A stretch of DNA of 63,439 bases, counting the filler, from Intoshia linei (Eukaryota; Animalia; Orthonectida): NCBI GenBank assembly GCA_001642005.1. It is 12 parts of 12 records of this genome, joined end to end, with 100 filler letters (N's around TTAATTAATTAA, not from the genome) between each part and the next. Parts side by side here need not be neighbours in the genome. Positions count along the whole stretch, not along the records: positions 19,549 to 27,957 come from LWCA01001462.1; positions 28,058 to 31,088 come from LWCA01002161.1; positions 31,189 to 33,700 come from LWCA01002297.1; positions 33,801 to 43,882 come from LWCA01001307.1; 8 more parts are not named here. One strand, 5' to 3'. The stretch's first letter is position 1, and the number at the start of each line of letters is the position of its first letter. The translations under genes were made by a program, and so were the position numbers. The notes beneath the pieces were generated by a model that saw nothing but the letters and a program-made list of their open reading frames with translations, did no database searches and was not told the DNA's origin. Below, piece by piece: positions 25,697 through 38,870 of this stretch.

Positions 25697-26801
25697 ATGG
25701 ATATTCCATATGTGATGAGTCAAGATTTTTTTGAATCTGTCTCAAAAGCGATAACTTACCCTAAAGATGGAGGAGAAGATTGTGCAAATTTCTTGCCAAC
25801 TAGACGAAAAATTATAGAATCAGTTATTGCAATCATTATTAGTCTAATTATTTTCAATTATAGTTATCCCAGGTATACTTTTATTTTTTAAATTTTTTTA
25901 TTATTTATCAATTTAGAATAAGATACCCGAAACACAAGACCAAATCTGAATGTTCTGATAGAGTTGGTAAAAAGCTAGTATTAGCTTTTATTTGTATGAT
26001 TTTTGGTGTAGAAGTCGGGTTTAAGCTCTCTACTGACCAACTAACTTATTTGCTTAATCCATGTCACATTCTTACCATTACTCAAGTATTAAATATTTAT
26101 GTAAATAAAGAAAATTAAATGTATTGGGTTACATTATTAAATTTGAGAAAAATATGACTAATCTATCACCCAATTTTATATTACAATAGTTTATAGTTTC
26201 ATTTTTCAAATTAGGTCACGTGACATTACAACTATAATGTAGCCTTATTATAAATTGAGGATAACCTTAAAACTTACATTATCCTTTATTTAACACTTAA
26301 AAGTTTATGGCAAGTTTTAAAAAAAATTTAGTTTAAGGGATATTTATTAATAGTTATAATAATATATTATTATATGAAACAGATTGAAACATTTTTAATT
26401 TTCAAAAATACAATTTTAATTCAATCATCTAAATTTAAATTCTAAATACATATTGTACATAATTAGATTCTAAAACATGAAAAAACAGTTTTAAGTATTC
26501 ATAAACGGATCTCATGTTGTATCATATTTACATCCATGTTTAGAGCAGGGGTTCTCAACATTTTTTTAGAACGCCCCTCCATAATTCATAAAAAAGTTGT
26601 TATTATTTATATGATCATTCAATTGGTATTGTATATTTTTATAAATTTGTGAAATAATTGGTAATGTTAATGTTTTATTTTTAGATTTTTTTATTGGTTT
26701 TATCTCACAACAAGTATTCTATGGCCATTTTTAGAATTCATTTGCATTCTTTACATGGGGCTATATTAGCTCTGTTATTTCCTGTACTCAATACGAGATA
26801 T
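25697..26801 (+). CDS. TMEM164: TMEM164 homolog, 5' part (exons 25697-25872, 25917-26085, 26685-26801)
   Basis: GGEDCANFL, FGVEVGFKL..QLTYLLNPCH, FRIHLHSLHGAILALLFPVLNTR; the 3' exons are not in this contig. Confidence 0.9.
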
Positions 26802-27873
26802 GTAACATTTTTATTAGAAATACTTTGTGGTATACATTAAAGTTTAATTATTAAACGAAGAGGTAGATATTTATACAATTTATTGATAAATGTTTAATCG
26901 AATTTAAACGGTTTGATTAATCATTGATTTTATCATTTAATTTCGTAATATTAGAAACATTCATGAATTGTGACTAGGTAGAATTTTTTTATAACTTGTA
27001 CATTAAAATAATTATTGATTTCAAACAATTATAAAGATTTTACTCATGACAGTCAAAACAAATAAATATTCAGTACACTATGTATAACAATAGTGGATCA
27101 ACTCTATAACAAATTTTTTTCAATAATCAGTACAGTCGTAGACCTTAGACCCGTAGTTCCCAAATTTTTGACTATTGCGGCGCACCCAATACATATGAAC
27201 GTGAAAAAATTTCAAGACTTCAAATCAATTTACCCTAAAAACTTGACTAGGTTTTACTAGAATAGTATTATGCACTATTCAGCTATCGTTACGGCATGTA
27301 AATTTATTTTTACACAGTGAATTTGACCAAAATAATGGTTAATCTCTCCAATAAAGCATTTATGCGTCAATGCAATGCTTCAAAATGTTAATTTATTAGA
27401 AATGACAATTTTAAATAATTTAATAAATTGAAAAATTAATAAATATTAGTTACGTTGCGCGATAAAATGTTGAAAACTTTAATGGTTTTACCCGGGGTTT
27501 TTTTTAACCTCTGTTTGGGTGAAAATTGAAATTATTCAACTCGTTGGGTGTAGGGTGTAATTTTTATATTAAAATTATCTTTTTTTAAAAAAATGAAATT
27601 AACCCTATAATCGCCACATCAACTTTTTAATGTATTACCCCACCTATGAATCAAAACATGAAATATATTCAAAGTGTGAAAATGTTACAAATAAATTACA
27701 TTTTAAAGTGTGTTAGAATATATTTATAAAATTTAATCTTGAATTTTGTGTAAAATCGAATAAAGGTTATTTCAACTTCAAATGGGTTGTTATGTATACT
27801 AATAATATACATAATCATTATACTACATTATGATAATGTAGCATGTTATAAGTTGTAAATTACAACTACATAT

Positions 27874-27957
27874 TAGGGTGTTAACTTTTTGATCGAATTT
27901 TAAAAATTAAAAAAATACAGGGCCGTACGGTATGAGAAATGCAATAAAAATAACATC
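27874..27957 (-). mobile_element. hAT terminus, same family as the element ending at 50466
   Basis: tagggtgttaactttttgatcgaatttt...gggccgtacg.tatgagaaatgcaataaaaataacatc is the reverse complement of 50383-50466. Confidence 0.8.
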
Positions 27958-28057
27958 NNNNNNNNNNNNNNNNNNNNNNNNNNNNNNNNNNNNNNNNNNN
28001 NTTAATTAATTAANNNNNNNNNNNNNNNNNNNNNNNNNNNNNNNNNNNNNNNNNNNN

Positions 28058-28640
28058 GTTTGGTGTGCATTTTTTGCTGGCGGAATAATTGGACCGTTTT
28101 TCTTCGAGAATGATGCCAGCAATTCTGTTACTGTGCCATGATAACCAACTTTTTTTCTTCTAAATATAATGCTATGGATATCGAGAATTTGTTGTTCCAA
28201 CAGGACGGCGTCACATGCCACACAGCCAATGCAACAATGGCTTTATTGAAGGAGAAATTCCCAGGTCGCATCATCTCTTGAAACAGCGAAGTGGGTTGGC
28301 CAGCAAGATCGTGCGATTTGACGCCTTTGGATTTTTTCCTTTGGGGTTACCTTAAGATTAAGGTCTATGCCAACAAGCTGACAACAATTGAACAGCTGAA
28401 GGATGAGATAATAAGGAATATTGGTGAGATCGAGGAGCAATTATGCAGAGATGTCATAAAAAATTTTGATTATTGAGTGGAGGTGTGCCGCCGAAGCTTT
28501 GGCGAACATTTGGGCGATATTATTGTTCACACATAATTGCCATGTGCCAAATAACAATTCCATAAAAAAATCAATAAAATTTACATATTAACATTGTTTT
28601 ATTTACTGTTTTTATCAATCCGTCTGAATGAAACACCCTT
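28058..28640 (+). mobile_element. Tc1/mariner DD41D (rosa-like) transposon 3' remnant
   Basis: VWCAF, FQQDG...WPARSCDLTPLDFFLWGYLK with 41 residues between the 2nd and 3rd D; internal stops; ends aaacaccctt-TA. Confidence 0.8.
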
Positions 28641-30855
28641 TATATGTAAAAATGTGGATGGAAATTAATCATGATGGTCGTTTTATTGATTCATCTTTTA
28701 TTGTTTTTTTAAAGACTACACCATTTAATTAATATTAATTTCAAAAAAAGTAAAGTTGATATAAGATATTAATTAAGACATTATACATAAGAAATAAATA
28801 TACGAAGAAACTACAGTGAATCAACGAATATTTTAATATGAATTTAAGAATAATTCTTAATTTATAAACATTAATTTCCAACAGTAAGATCATTGTAATT
28901 TTGTAGAAGACTGACAAAATGTTTTTTAACATGATTTTTAAAATGTATTCATTGTAGAATTGTAATAGTATTCAATCTTGTACTACTTGGGTACTACTAC
29001 TAATCTTGTCTTCTAGTTAATGATGTACTCTACATGCCTAAGACGAAATTCCGTAATGGTTAAATTTCCGGAATTTTCTTCCAATATTATAAGATACGGA
29101 GCGGAAAGGCTATTTTTAACTTGTTATTGTAATTTTTTTCATGCTTTTGTGATAATGACAATAATAAACAATATCACAAAGTTATCAATACATTAAATTG
29201 TTATCAATACGGCGCTAACTATCATTTTTAACAGAGTATTCTTTATTTGATATACTTATAAATAAATTTAATATTTAATCAATAATTATTACTTTAACTG
29301 CTCGATGGATTTTATTTAAATTTGGTATATAAAATATAATATCACAGTTTTTCAAATATTTTTATTTTATCAAAATTTTTTTCTCAGTGTTGTACTGTGT
29401 AATATTACTTTATTTAACTTTATTTTTTTTGAAATTAGCCTTTAAATGGAGTAGATATAATTTAAAAATTTTTAATGTTATGAATATTTTTTCGAAAAAA
29501 ATAATTAACAATAAATACGAGAAAATTTAGAAAACAATTTTATTTATATTATGTAAGTTTTTCCGGTTATCGACAAATTATATATTCGACACACTTGTTA
29601 TAAAAAACTGTCGACCTTGTTTGTGATAAATAAATTTAATGAAGTGTATTAAGGGTTAAATTTCAAAAGAGTATAAAATAATCTGATGGACAATTAACCT
29701 TTACAGTGTACAGCTGTTGATCAATATAAAGTGACATTGCGTGAATACTATTAAATATCAATTTTACAATACATTTTTGAAATGCGTTGAAATCTAAAGT
29801 CATTGCATATTTTAAAAAAGCATATAAATTAATTTTATATTAATTATACATGACAATGTCGCACGCTTTCAAATCTTTAACCAACATATAATTATGTAAT
29901 TACCGTGTAATACAAAGCTTTGCTGCCTTTAAATTTTTTAAAGAATACTTTTGTAAATAAATATTTAAAACTTTTGGAAGATCACAATAGCTAAAAAATA
30001 CATTTTATACCAACAGTCTTTGAAACGTAAGGTAACGTAATGTCATTCAATTTTAATCAAAATTTAGTGTTGCTGTGGACTTTCCAAAATTTTAAAATTT
30101 TACCGTGCCACCAGCTCATTTATAATTATGTAAAATGTTTGTGAATAGGGTCATACTATTTTTACTCTAAAATATTATCACTAATAATTTAGTTATTTGT
30201 TTTCATTACATTAATTCAGAATATACTGTTATAACTAACGTACATTTTTTTGGAATACAAACAAAATTTTATAAAAGTGATTTTTGTTAATAATACTAAT
30301 TAATTTGTAAGATGTTCAAAATAAATAACTTTTTGACACTTCTATATGCGAAAAATAATGATTATGGATTAGATAGAATAGTTTTTGTATCTTTGGTTAA
30401 AATTAAATGTAGAATACCTAAGGACCACAAATAAACCATAAGATTTTTTTGTTTTTGGTACGAATTTTGAGAATATCGTTGAGAAATTTATGTTTTAAAT
30501 TAAAACCCTTATCTTTGAGGATAATTTTAGTATTTTTTCGGAAACAGTTAAACATAACAATTTTAGTGTTTATCTGAGTTTTTACAAATGTATTTAAGGT
30601 TCTAGACAACAAAAAATTTATCCATAGGTTTAGGTCCATAGGTTATTCCTTAGGTTTAGGTTTTAAAATATGAATTTGTTGTAAAAAATAAAACTTATTA
30701 ACAAATGTAAAGATACATCATAAAATAAATGTAGTGGTCTGTATACTATTTAAAATACATAAAAATACGCTCTGCGCTTATTATCCTATAATAATTTTCA
30801 AATCGTACTGTACCTAACTTATATCGTTACGAGTCAAATGTTACAAATCTTTCAG

Positions 30856-30905
30856 AAGCTATCTTTCAGAAGTTGTTTCTACATAGTACATAACAGTCAA
30901 CCTAT
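30856..30905 (-). repeat. Partial ~60-bp palindromic dispersed element
   Basis: Reverse complement reads taggttgactgttatgtac-tat-gtagaaacaac. Confidence 0.6.
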
Positions 30906-31399
30906 ATTAATATAAATGGTACGATTGTAAAATAAATATATCAAGTAAAGTGTAACGAAAATGGGAACCAAGGATTAAAGCGGAATGTTCTAAATTGCTA
31001 ACAAAGGTAAATCAAGATATTACAGACGAAACTCATTTCATTTGTAACAGATATCACCAGTTTGAAAGCAGTAGAAAATATGTTCTAANNNNNNNNNNNN
31101 NNNNNNNNNNNNNNNNNNNNNNNNNNNNNNNNTTAATTAATTAANNNNNNNNNNNNNNNNNNNNNNNNNNNNNNNNNNNNNNNNNNNNAAAGGAAAATTG
31201 TCCGCTTCACAGAACATAAAATTGAATTACTGATTGTTGAGTCAACAAAAATCTAATTTCTTTATCAATTTTTTATTATAAATCTCTTGATAAAGATTAA
31301 AATTCATAGATTTAAAGATGGCCGGTAAGATAAAACATTAATTTTATTTTAATGCATAAAATTTATTGAAATTACTTGTATAAAAATATTATTATTTAA

Positions 31400-31960
31400 T
31401 TTAAAGACTGGAATTCGGTAACGATATACGAACTTTGCAAAAATCACCATCAGTAGTTCTATGTGTACTAAAGATTTATTTATATCAAAATGGACATGGC
31501 GTGCGTTGCCATTCATTGAATATTTTAAAAAACAATGGCTAGATGACCGAATTGGGTGGTATGAAAGGTATTTAAAATTTACATTATCTACTAATAACGG
31601 CCTGGAATCAAGAACAATGCGACCAGGCGTGAACGATTGCCGTTTTTAATGTTTGTGAATGTTATAGAAAAAAAGTTACTGAAGACGTGGTCACATGAAT
31701 ATTCTACAGGTATTAAAGAATTTTTTGAATTACCTAAGTTAGATACAAAGATTTGGACTGAATCTTATCACTGGGCTCGATCTGATAAATATTTGATAAT
31801 GAGAAATGGATTTTATTATACGAGGATCCTCTAACGATAATGTCGAATCACTGAATATTAATACTGTTGAAGAATATGACAGAAAAACTACCACTTTATC
31901 GTTTGATAATTTTGCTGACTACTCGAAAACAATTAAAAATACAGTGTGTATCAAGGTAGA
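31400..31960 (+). mobile_element. Mutator-like (MULE) transposase remnant
   Basis: FIEYFKKQWL...WYE...STNNGLES (MULE catalytic E motif), frameshifted. Confidence 0.65.
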
Positions 31961-33010
31961 CCAGGGATGGGCAACATATGGCTCAAAATAATTTTTATTA
32001 TAAAAATTCTAAATTGTACATTATAATTAAAATTAACATTAAGAGATTAAAAATTTACATAGTAACATATTTTTTCGTCTTAAATGAGCAAGATAATAAA
32101 AAAAAGAAAAGTGGACTCTGAATGCAGATTTTTCAAAAATAATGGGAATTATAATATTATTTTATGGAGCACTACAATAAACCTGTTTGTGTAATCTGCC
32201 AAAAAAATGTTGCTGTTAATAAAGTCAATAATATCAAGCTTCATTATAAAAGCAAACATAAATCGACATTTCAAAAAATTCATGGAAATTTGAGATTAGA
32301 CGAATTCAATAAATTAAAAAATGGTTCAAAAAAACAGGCTATTTTGTTCACGAATAGGGTTGCCAACTGCATTATTTTCCTCCTGAGACTTCGGCTTTTC
32401 AAATTCAACTCAGGGTTCAGGGTTAAGTGATATTTCTCAGGGTAATTTAATTGTTTCAATCAAAATCATCAGATTAGATATATTTTATTTATATTCGATG
32501 AATAAGCGACTGTATTTGATGTCTAAACTGTTATTTTTTTTAAAAAGAGACCCCAAAAAATAACACGCTTCGCTTAAAAATTCGGGTTGAGAATGACTTA
32601 GTGTTGGTAACCCTATTCACGAATAGGATGGATACAGATAAAAATAATACTAATGCTAGTTATGTTATTCCAAAATTGATTGCTTAACGCATAAAACCGA
32701 TATCTGATGGAGAGTTTATTAAAGTGCCCAAGTTACAGTTTTTGTCAGGCGTAAATTACAAATTTGAAATTGTTGAAGAATTTTTTGAATTGATATCTAT
32801 GAAAGGGAATTGCACTGAAAGAGACATCTTTGATGCAATAATGAAAATGATCTCAAAAGCAAATCTTAACATACGTAAATTTGTTGGGCTTACAACGGAC
32901 GGTGCTCCATCTATGATAGGTTTAAAAAAGGATTTGTAAATTTAATGCAAGAACATTTAAAAAATGAAGACATTTCAATTTCTTTAAAAAACTTTCATTG
33001 CATAACACTA
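31961..33010 (+). mobile_element. hAT Buster/SPIN (GTF2IRD2/EPM2AIP1-like) transposon remnant
   Basis: CAGGGATGGGCAAC terminus; KKRKVDSECR, PVCVIC..NIKLHY..KH, KPISDGEFIK, TTDGAPSMIG, FHCI. Confidence 0.85.
32355..32615. mobile_element. hAT MITE nested in the Buster/SPIN remnant
   Basis: TIRs tagggttgccaac / gttggtaacccta; perfect 8-bp TSD ttcacgaa (32347-54 and 32616-23). Confidence 0.92.
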
Positions 33011-33274
33011 GACTACACACAAAAAATGCGTCAATAAAATTTATACATTAAATGAATGAGAATTTAAATCTCATCATGATATATACATCTTATGATTCGA
33101 TTATATCTATTTTAGAAATTATTAGCGAAAACCCCAATTAATTGGATTAATTTTTATTTTTATAGAAAAATACTGATATAAAGTGTTATTCATATTTGAT
33201 TGTATTAATTTTTTAAATAATGCAATGCTTTTCTGACAACTATTGTTATATTTGTGGAATATATGTGTTTACAT

Positions 33275-33700
33275 CATGGGTTCTTAACCGGGGGTGCCAA
33301 ACCAGTTTTTGAGGTGGCAGAAATATTTTTGAAAGAAAATCATTTTTCAGCTATATTTTTTGAAATTGCATGAAGATTCAAAAATAAATTTCATTTCATT
33401 TGTATCCATAGGTAATATAATAAGTAAATACTAATATATTTTTGAATTTGAATACTTTATCACTCAGTCATATTTAAATTTATTTTACTTTTATTATTTT
33501 AATTTTCATGTCCAAAAATAGAAAATGGAATAATGATTATAGGCGTTATGGATTCACTAAAATAACGGACTCTGATAAATCTGACAAATCACAGTGTTTT
33601 TTATGTTCAAAGGTTTTTTCTAATTCAAATTTAAAGCCATCAAAAGTTAAACAACATTTTGATAGATTGCATGGTGGTACAGAAACAGGAAATGATTTAG
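33275..33700 (+). mobile_element. hAT Buster (ZBED5/ZBED8-like) transposon 5' end
   Basis: catgggttcttaacc terminus; MSKNRKWNNDYRRYGFT...QCFLCSKVFSNSNLKPSKVKQHF..LH BED finger. Confidence 0.8.
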
Positions 33701-34121
33701 NNNNNNNNNNNNNNNNNNNNNNNNNNNNNNNNNNNNNNNNNNNNTTAATTAATTAANNNNNNNNNNNNNNNNNNNNNNNNNNNNNNNNNNNNNNNNNNNN
33801 AATTAGCATTATCATCGAATTTTTAGTGCTATAAAATGTCGACTCTAGTAATAAGTTATTACTAATAACATAGACAGAGTTTAATGTATATTTTAGTTTT
33901 TTAAGAACATTTTTGTATGAATTTTTTATAAAATGGCAAGCGTCTCCGCAAAAAATTCTCCAAAATCATTTTTTTTCTTAATAACCATAAAACTGTCATA
34001 CGCGACTTTATCCGTTTTGCCATAAATTTTCCAAAAAACTACTAGAAAATTCAATCTAGTTATTTTCAATGAAATCAATAAACTTTTTTTCATTTAATAT
34101 CGTTACAGGTGCAAATTTATC

Positions 34122-35752
34122 ATGAAAGTTAGTGGAGAAGTAATATTATTAAATTATATAATTTAAACACAGTAATGTATAATTTAATTCTAGTTGAAAG
34201 AATATAGAATTGTTGGTCGTAAATTGCCTTCAGCCGTCAATGAATCCCCAAAATTGTATAAAATGCAAATATTTGCCCCTAATGACACAACCGCAAAATC
34301 GAGATTTTGGTACTATTTGAGCAAATTCAGAAAAATGAAAAAGTCTACTGGTGAAATAGTTTCAATTACCAGGGTTTTTTCTTTATTTCACATTTAATTT
34401 TTTATTAGAAATTTCATAAGGGAAATGATTGTGTTAAGAATTTTGGAATATGGCTACGATATAATTCTAGATTTGGAACGCACAACATGTATAGAGAATA
34501 CAGAGACACCTCAATTTGTTCAGCTGTAACGAAATGCTGTAATATTTTGATACTTTATTTTTTGAGTTTAAGTGTAGGTGAAAATGTGTATTAATTTATT
34601 CAACTTAGATCATGACATGGCGGGTCAACATAGAGTAAGGGCTCATAATATTGATATTATTCGAGTCAAAGTTGTTCATGCAAAGAACGTAAAAAGAACT
34701 TACATAAAGCAATATTTGGTATATTTTTTTGATATGCCAGTACTGGTAGACAGGCCCCGTCATAAAATAATTGCAAATTTGAAAAAAATTCCAGTAAGTA
34801 AATTTAATTAAATCATTTTTTCTACTTTTAATTATAATTTTCATCACCTATGTCGCCTCTAGATCGAAATGACTAACAACATAATATAATTTTACTGTAG
34901 AATTTAATCGAATCGTTCATTTTTTAATCAAATATTATATATTAGCAATTTATTTATTGGTTAATAGACAAACACAAGTGAAAAACCATTAAGTATGCAT
35001 ATTATAATTATTAAAACATACTTATAGGTATAATTAATTAAATATTGCCATAATTTATTTTTTAAAAATTTTTTTGCAATAAAATTATGATTGGGCCTGC
35101 TGGTATGTGTTATTATTATAAAAATTTAAAATTCTCAACTATATACAGTTTTTGTCCTTATTAATGGAATTTCCCCATAGTAACACCTTGTTAACGGAAT
35201 CTAATTTTTTTAAATAAAAACTTAAATGGTCATATTGCTTGTTATTATAAGTTTTTAAATAATACATGACGAAGTAATATACACAAAACATTATCAACTC
35301 GTCCACATCAGTTTTTTAGGATCCATATAAAAAATTTTATCAATTTTAAATTATTTACAGATATACAATAAGGTTAAAAATTTGATAAAAAATGTCACAA
35401 ATTGACTTTTACTCTTATATATTATTATATTCTTTTAAAATGTAATAAATAATTAAAATTGTAATTAGTAAAAAAATTTGTTTATTTTTATGATTGTCAT
35501 TAAAAATAGATTATAAAGCTTTAGAGATAAAATTTTTATTAACGAATTTTGGGTTCATATACATTCGTTAAGAAAATATAAAAAATTCAAATTTCCGCTA
35601 ACAAAAAATCCGTTAATAAGGATTTAGACTATATTATCTGAAATTAAAAATATATTTAGGATAAAAATCTTAAATTTCCAATGTTGCACCGTGTAAATCA
35701 TAAATTGCATAAACCAGAGGTGTCCACAAAAAGGCCGACTACTGTATTTTGA
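34122..35752 (+). CDS. RPL18A: 60S ribosomal protein L18a (eL20); exons 34122-34139, 34194-34373, 34409-34538, 34609-34718, 35660-35752
   Basis: [61 protein letters not shown]...TKRPTTVF*. Confidence 0.97.
35146..35631. mobile_element. Degenerate pogo-type MITE in the last RPL18A intron
   Basis: Imperfect TIRs ta-cagtttttgtccttattaatgga / tccgttaataaggatttagacta-ta. Confidence 0.55.
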
Positions 35753-35932
35753 TTTTATTAAACTTAAATATGTGTATCAGTATTAATATTGTTTTTTTTG
35801 ACGTAATACGGTATTGGCTAGTATTATGTCAAATAGTTTTTGGGTATTAATTCATACTCAAATTATTTCATGAAGTCTTAATATCTAATTAATTAGAGAA
35901 TTGAATCTATGAAAAAAGTCATCGTATATATA

Positions 35933-37470
35933 CAGTGTAGTAAAGAATTATTAACTCATTTATTAATATGCCCATAACTTTTGACTGAATGAAGATATTT
36001 CAAAATATTGTATATTATTCGACAAGAAAATACTACACCCGTATTCTTATCAGTACAGTTTTCCATTTTTAATTGATCACCATTTAATTAATTAAATTCA
36101 CATAAATTTTTTTTGATAAACAAGTATTTACTCAATAATAAAAAACAATTTATTTAACAATTTTATGTTTCAAAATGTTTTCCTTTTGCTTTGTAGAGTT
36201 TTACTGATTTCTTTTTGAAACTTAATCTAAGCTTTTGGCAAATATCATTGCTTGTTTCATACCAATACTTTTCTATTAAAGTTTTTAGTACTTGTAAATT
36301 ATTTGGCTGGGCACAAGCTATTTTTGACTTAATAATGTACCAAAGATTTTCAATTGGGTTCATATCCGGTGATTGCGATGACCATGACAATAATTTAATG
36401 ACATAGTACTGAAAAAATTGTTTTGCAAGTTTTGATGTGTTTTTGGGATCGTTATCTTGCTGCAAAATGTATGTGTTTAGGCCCATTTTTTTCTACTGAT
36501 GCAAATAAGTTGCTAGAGAGAATGTCACAGTAATCAATTTCATGCATCTTTTTATCAATGAAATGGATTTTCCCAAAAACTGCATATGAAAAACAACCAG
36601 AAACTATCAATGAACCACTTCCAAAGTTTTTTGTAAAATTTATATTTTTTCAAAAAAACTTTCATTGGGTTTTCTCCATATTTGAACATTTCCATCAGCA
36701 TGTATTAGGTTAAATTTGCTCTCATCACTGAAAATAATTGTTTTAATAGTAGATTCTGCCATAAAAACATATTTCTTGCTTTGAATGAATCTATTATTGA
36801 TATGTTTAGGTTCCAATTTTTGACTTGATATGGGTTTATATGCATGAATGCCTAAACTATTTCTATAATTTCTAACTGAATTATAAGAAACATTGATATT
36901 GAATTTTTCTTCCACTTTTTTCGACATCTTTCGAGAAGAAATTCTACTAGTATTTAAAGTTTCAGTTTTAATATAGTTTAATAATGTCGAATTCGCTTTT
37001 ATGGGTATTCCAGATCTTTTTAAAGTTTCAGTAGCACCAGTTTCTTTAAATTTTTTTACTATATTGCTAACAGTTTTTTGAGATACACTTATTTTTTTAG
37101 CAATTTCCCTACCTGAATAACTCTCTTTGTGGTAACTAATTATCATAATTCGTTTGAAATCATTTTTACTTTTGACCATGCCGGATAGACGTAATTATAT
37201 TTGAATCAAAATTTAAAATTAAAGTAAGTTTTTTATGTCCAAATTTAAACTTTTTAATAATAAGTAAATATTTGTTTATCATAAAATATTTCTGTGAATT
37301 TAATTAATTAAATGGTAATCAATTAAGAATGAAAAAGGGTAAAACTATAGTTATATGAATACAAACGTAGTATTTTATTCTCGAATGATATACATTATTT
37401 TGAAATATCTTCATTGAGTCAAAAGTTACGGGCATATTAATAAATGAGTAAATAATTCTTTACCACACTG
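35933..37470 (-). mobile_element. Full-length Tc1-like (DD34E) transposon with ~215-bp IR/DR-type TIRs; transposase inactivated
   Basis: TA-CAGTGT...ACACTG-TA termini; long matching TIRs; paired-like HTH, FSDESKF, LQQDNDPK and SPDMNPIENLW split by a stop/frameshift (37179-36163). Confidence 0.93.
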
Positions 37471-38037
37471 TATTATATACATATTAAGGTGTGTCCTAAA
37501 ACACTTTTTCAAAACAATGCAAAAGTAGCCAACGGGGAAAGATGAAACTTTTTATTGCGAACAAGATGATGTGCTTGAAATTATCTAACCCTCAAAAAAA
37601 CTCTTGACTTTTTGCATTTTAAACTAATTTTTAATACGATTTAGCATGGGGCTATATTTTTAATCCTCTATACATGCGTGTTATTTTTTGGAAATGTGCG
37701 TTGGACATTTTATTACCAATTTACTAGCAGAGGTCTAGTAAACTGTTTTAAACGTATATTTCTTTTTACTCTAGTTCACTTATTCAAATATACATTATTG
37801 GGTACATCTGAAAACCTGTAGAAATTTTCTAATTTTAAAATTCTACAGAAATAACATATTATTACTGTTTAAGTTCCAACGACATAATTTCCATGGTTTA
37901 AAAATTATATTAAACATTGCAACCAATAAAATAAATCACAAATGAACAATTAATAATTGTCAATTAAATTGAAAATGCAAAGTAAGTTAATAATAATGTA
38001 AATAATTAATCAATAGTAAATTTTAAAATATCAATAC

Positions 38038-38306
38038 CAGGGGTGTCAATTATGGAATGTGCGGCCCGCGTTATAATATAAATTTTTATTTTTTATAACA
38101 ATTTTTTACACATATTTCTTATTTTACAGTTTTTTCATATATTTTGCATGATTTATTTATTCATTATTACAATTTTAACATTATTTGTACACTTACTTCA
38201 TTTTTATTGATTCATATTTCATTTTATGAATTAAAATTATTATAAATTTATTAAATCTGTTAGTTTTAACATAATTGAGTCAGGCAAATTGAGTCTAACA
38301 CCCCTG
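38038..38306. mobile_element. hAT MITE, same family as 61593-61777
   Basis: caggggtgt / acacccctg termini; TSD atcaatac/gtcaatac. Confidence 0.85.
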
Positions 38307-38870
38307 GTCAATACAAAAGTTTGACACTATTTTTTAAACATTTAAAAAATAAACACAAATTACTTTCCAACGCACAGATTAAAAATCACTGGACTAAATA
38401 AATGTTGTAAAAATATGGTTAAGATTTATTGTATATTTAAGATTTTCATAATGGTACCCTTACTACTCAAAAGATTGCAGACCGATTGATTAAATTTATT
38501 CATTAATAAATTTAAAACAAACAACAAAAATGCATAATTTGTGTACAGTTGTATTTGTAAATTGTTATAATTGTAGTTGATAAGGCGATTGAATTGGCTT
38601 TTTGGTCCAATGTTCCTCATTGTTAATACTAAGGAACCATCGTTATCTTAGTAGTGAACCTAAATATTAAGCATTACCAAGTCGACAATTGGGATCTATA
38701 ATTTTAATGAATGGAAATTTTGTATATTGCACAAATTAATACGAAATTAATCTAGAGGTAAATTTAAAGTTTGTATAGAGTGTTGAATCAGAAAAAGGTT
38801 GATTAATTTGCATCTGCAGTTTTGAACTACAATTAACAAATTTGACAAATTTAAATTAAATTAATTTGGA

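Noticed and set aside
28741-30639. Short hydrophobic ORFs (also 42979, 54130, 61094, 63014)
   Set aside because: F/I/L/K/N-rich chance ORFs in AT-rich or repeat DNA with no motifs.
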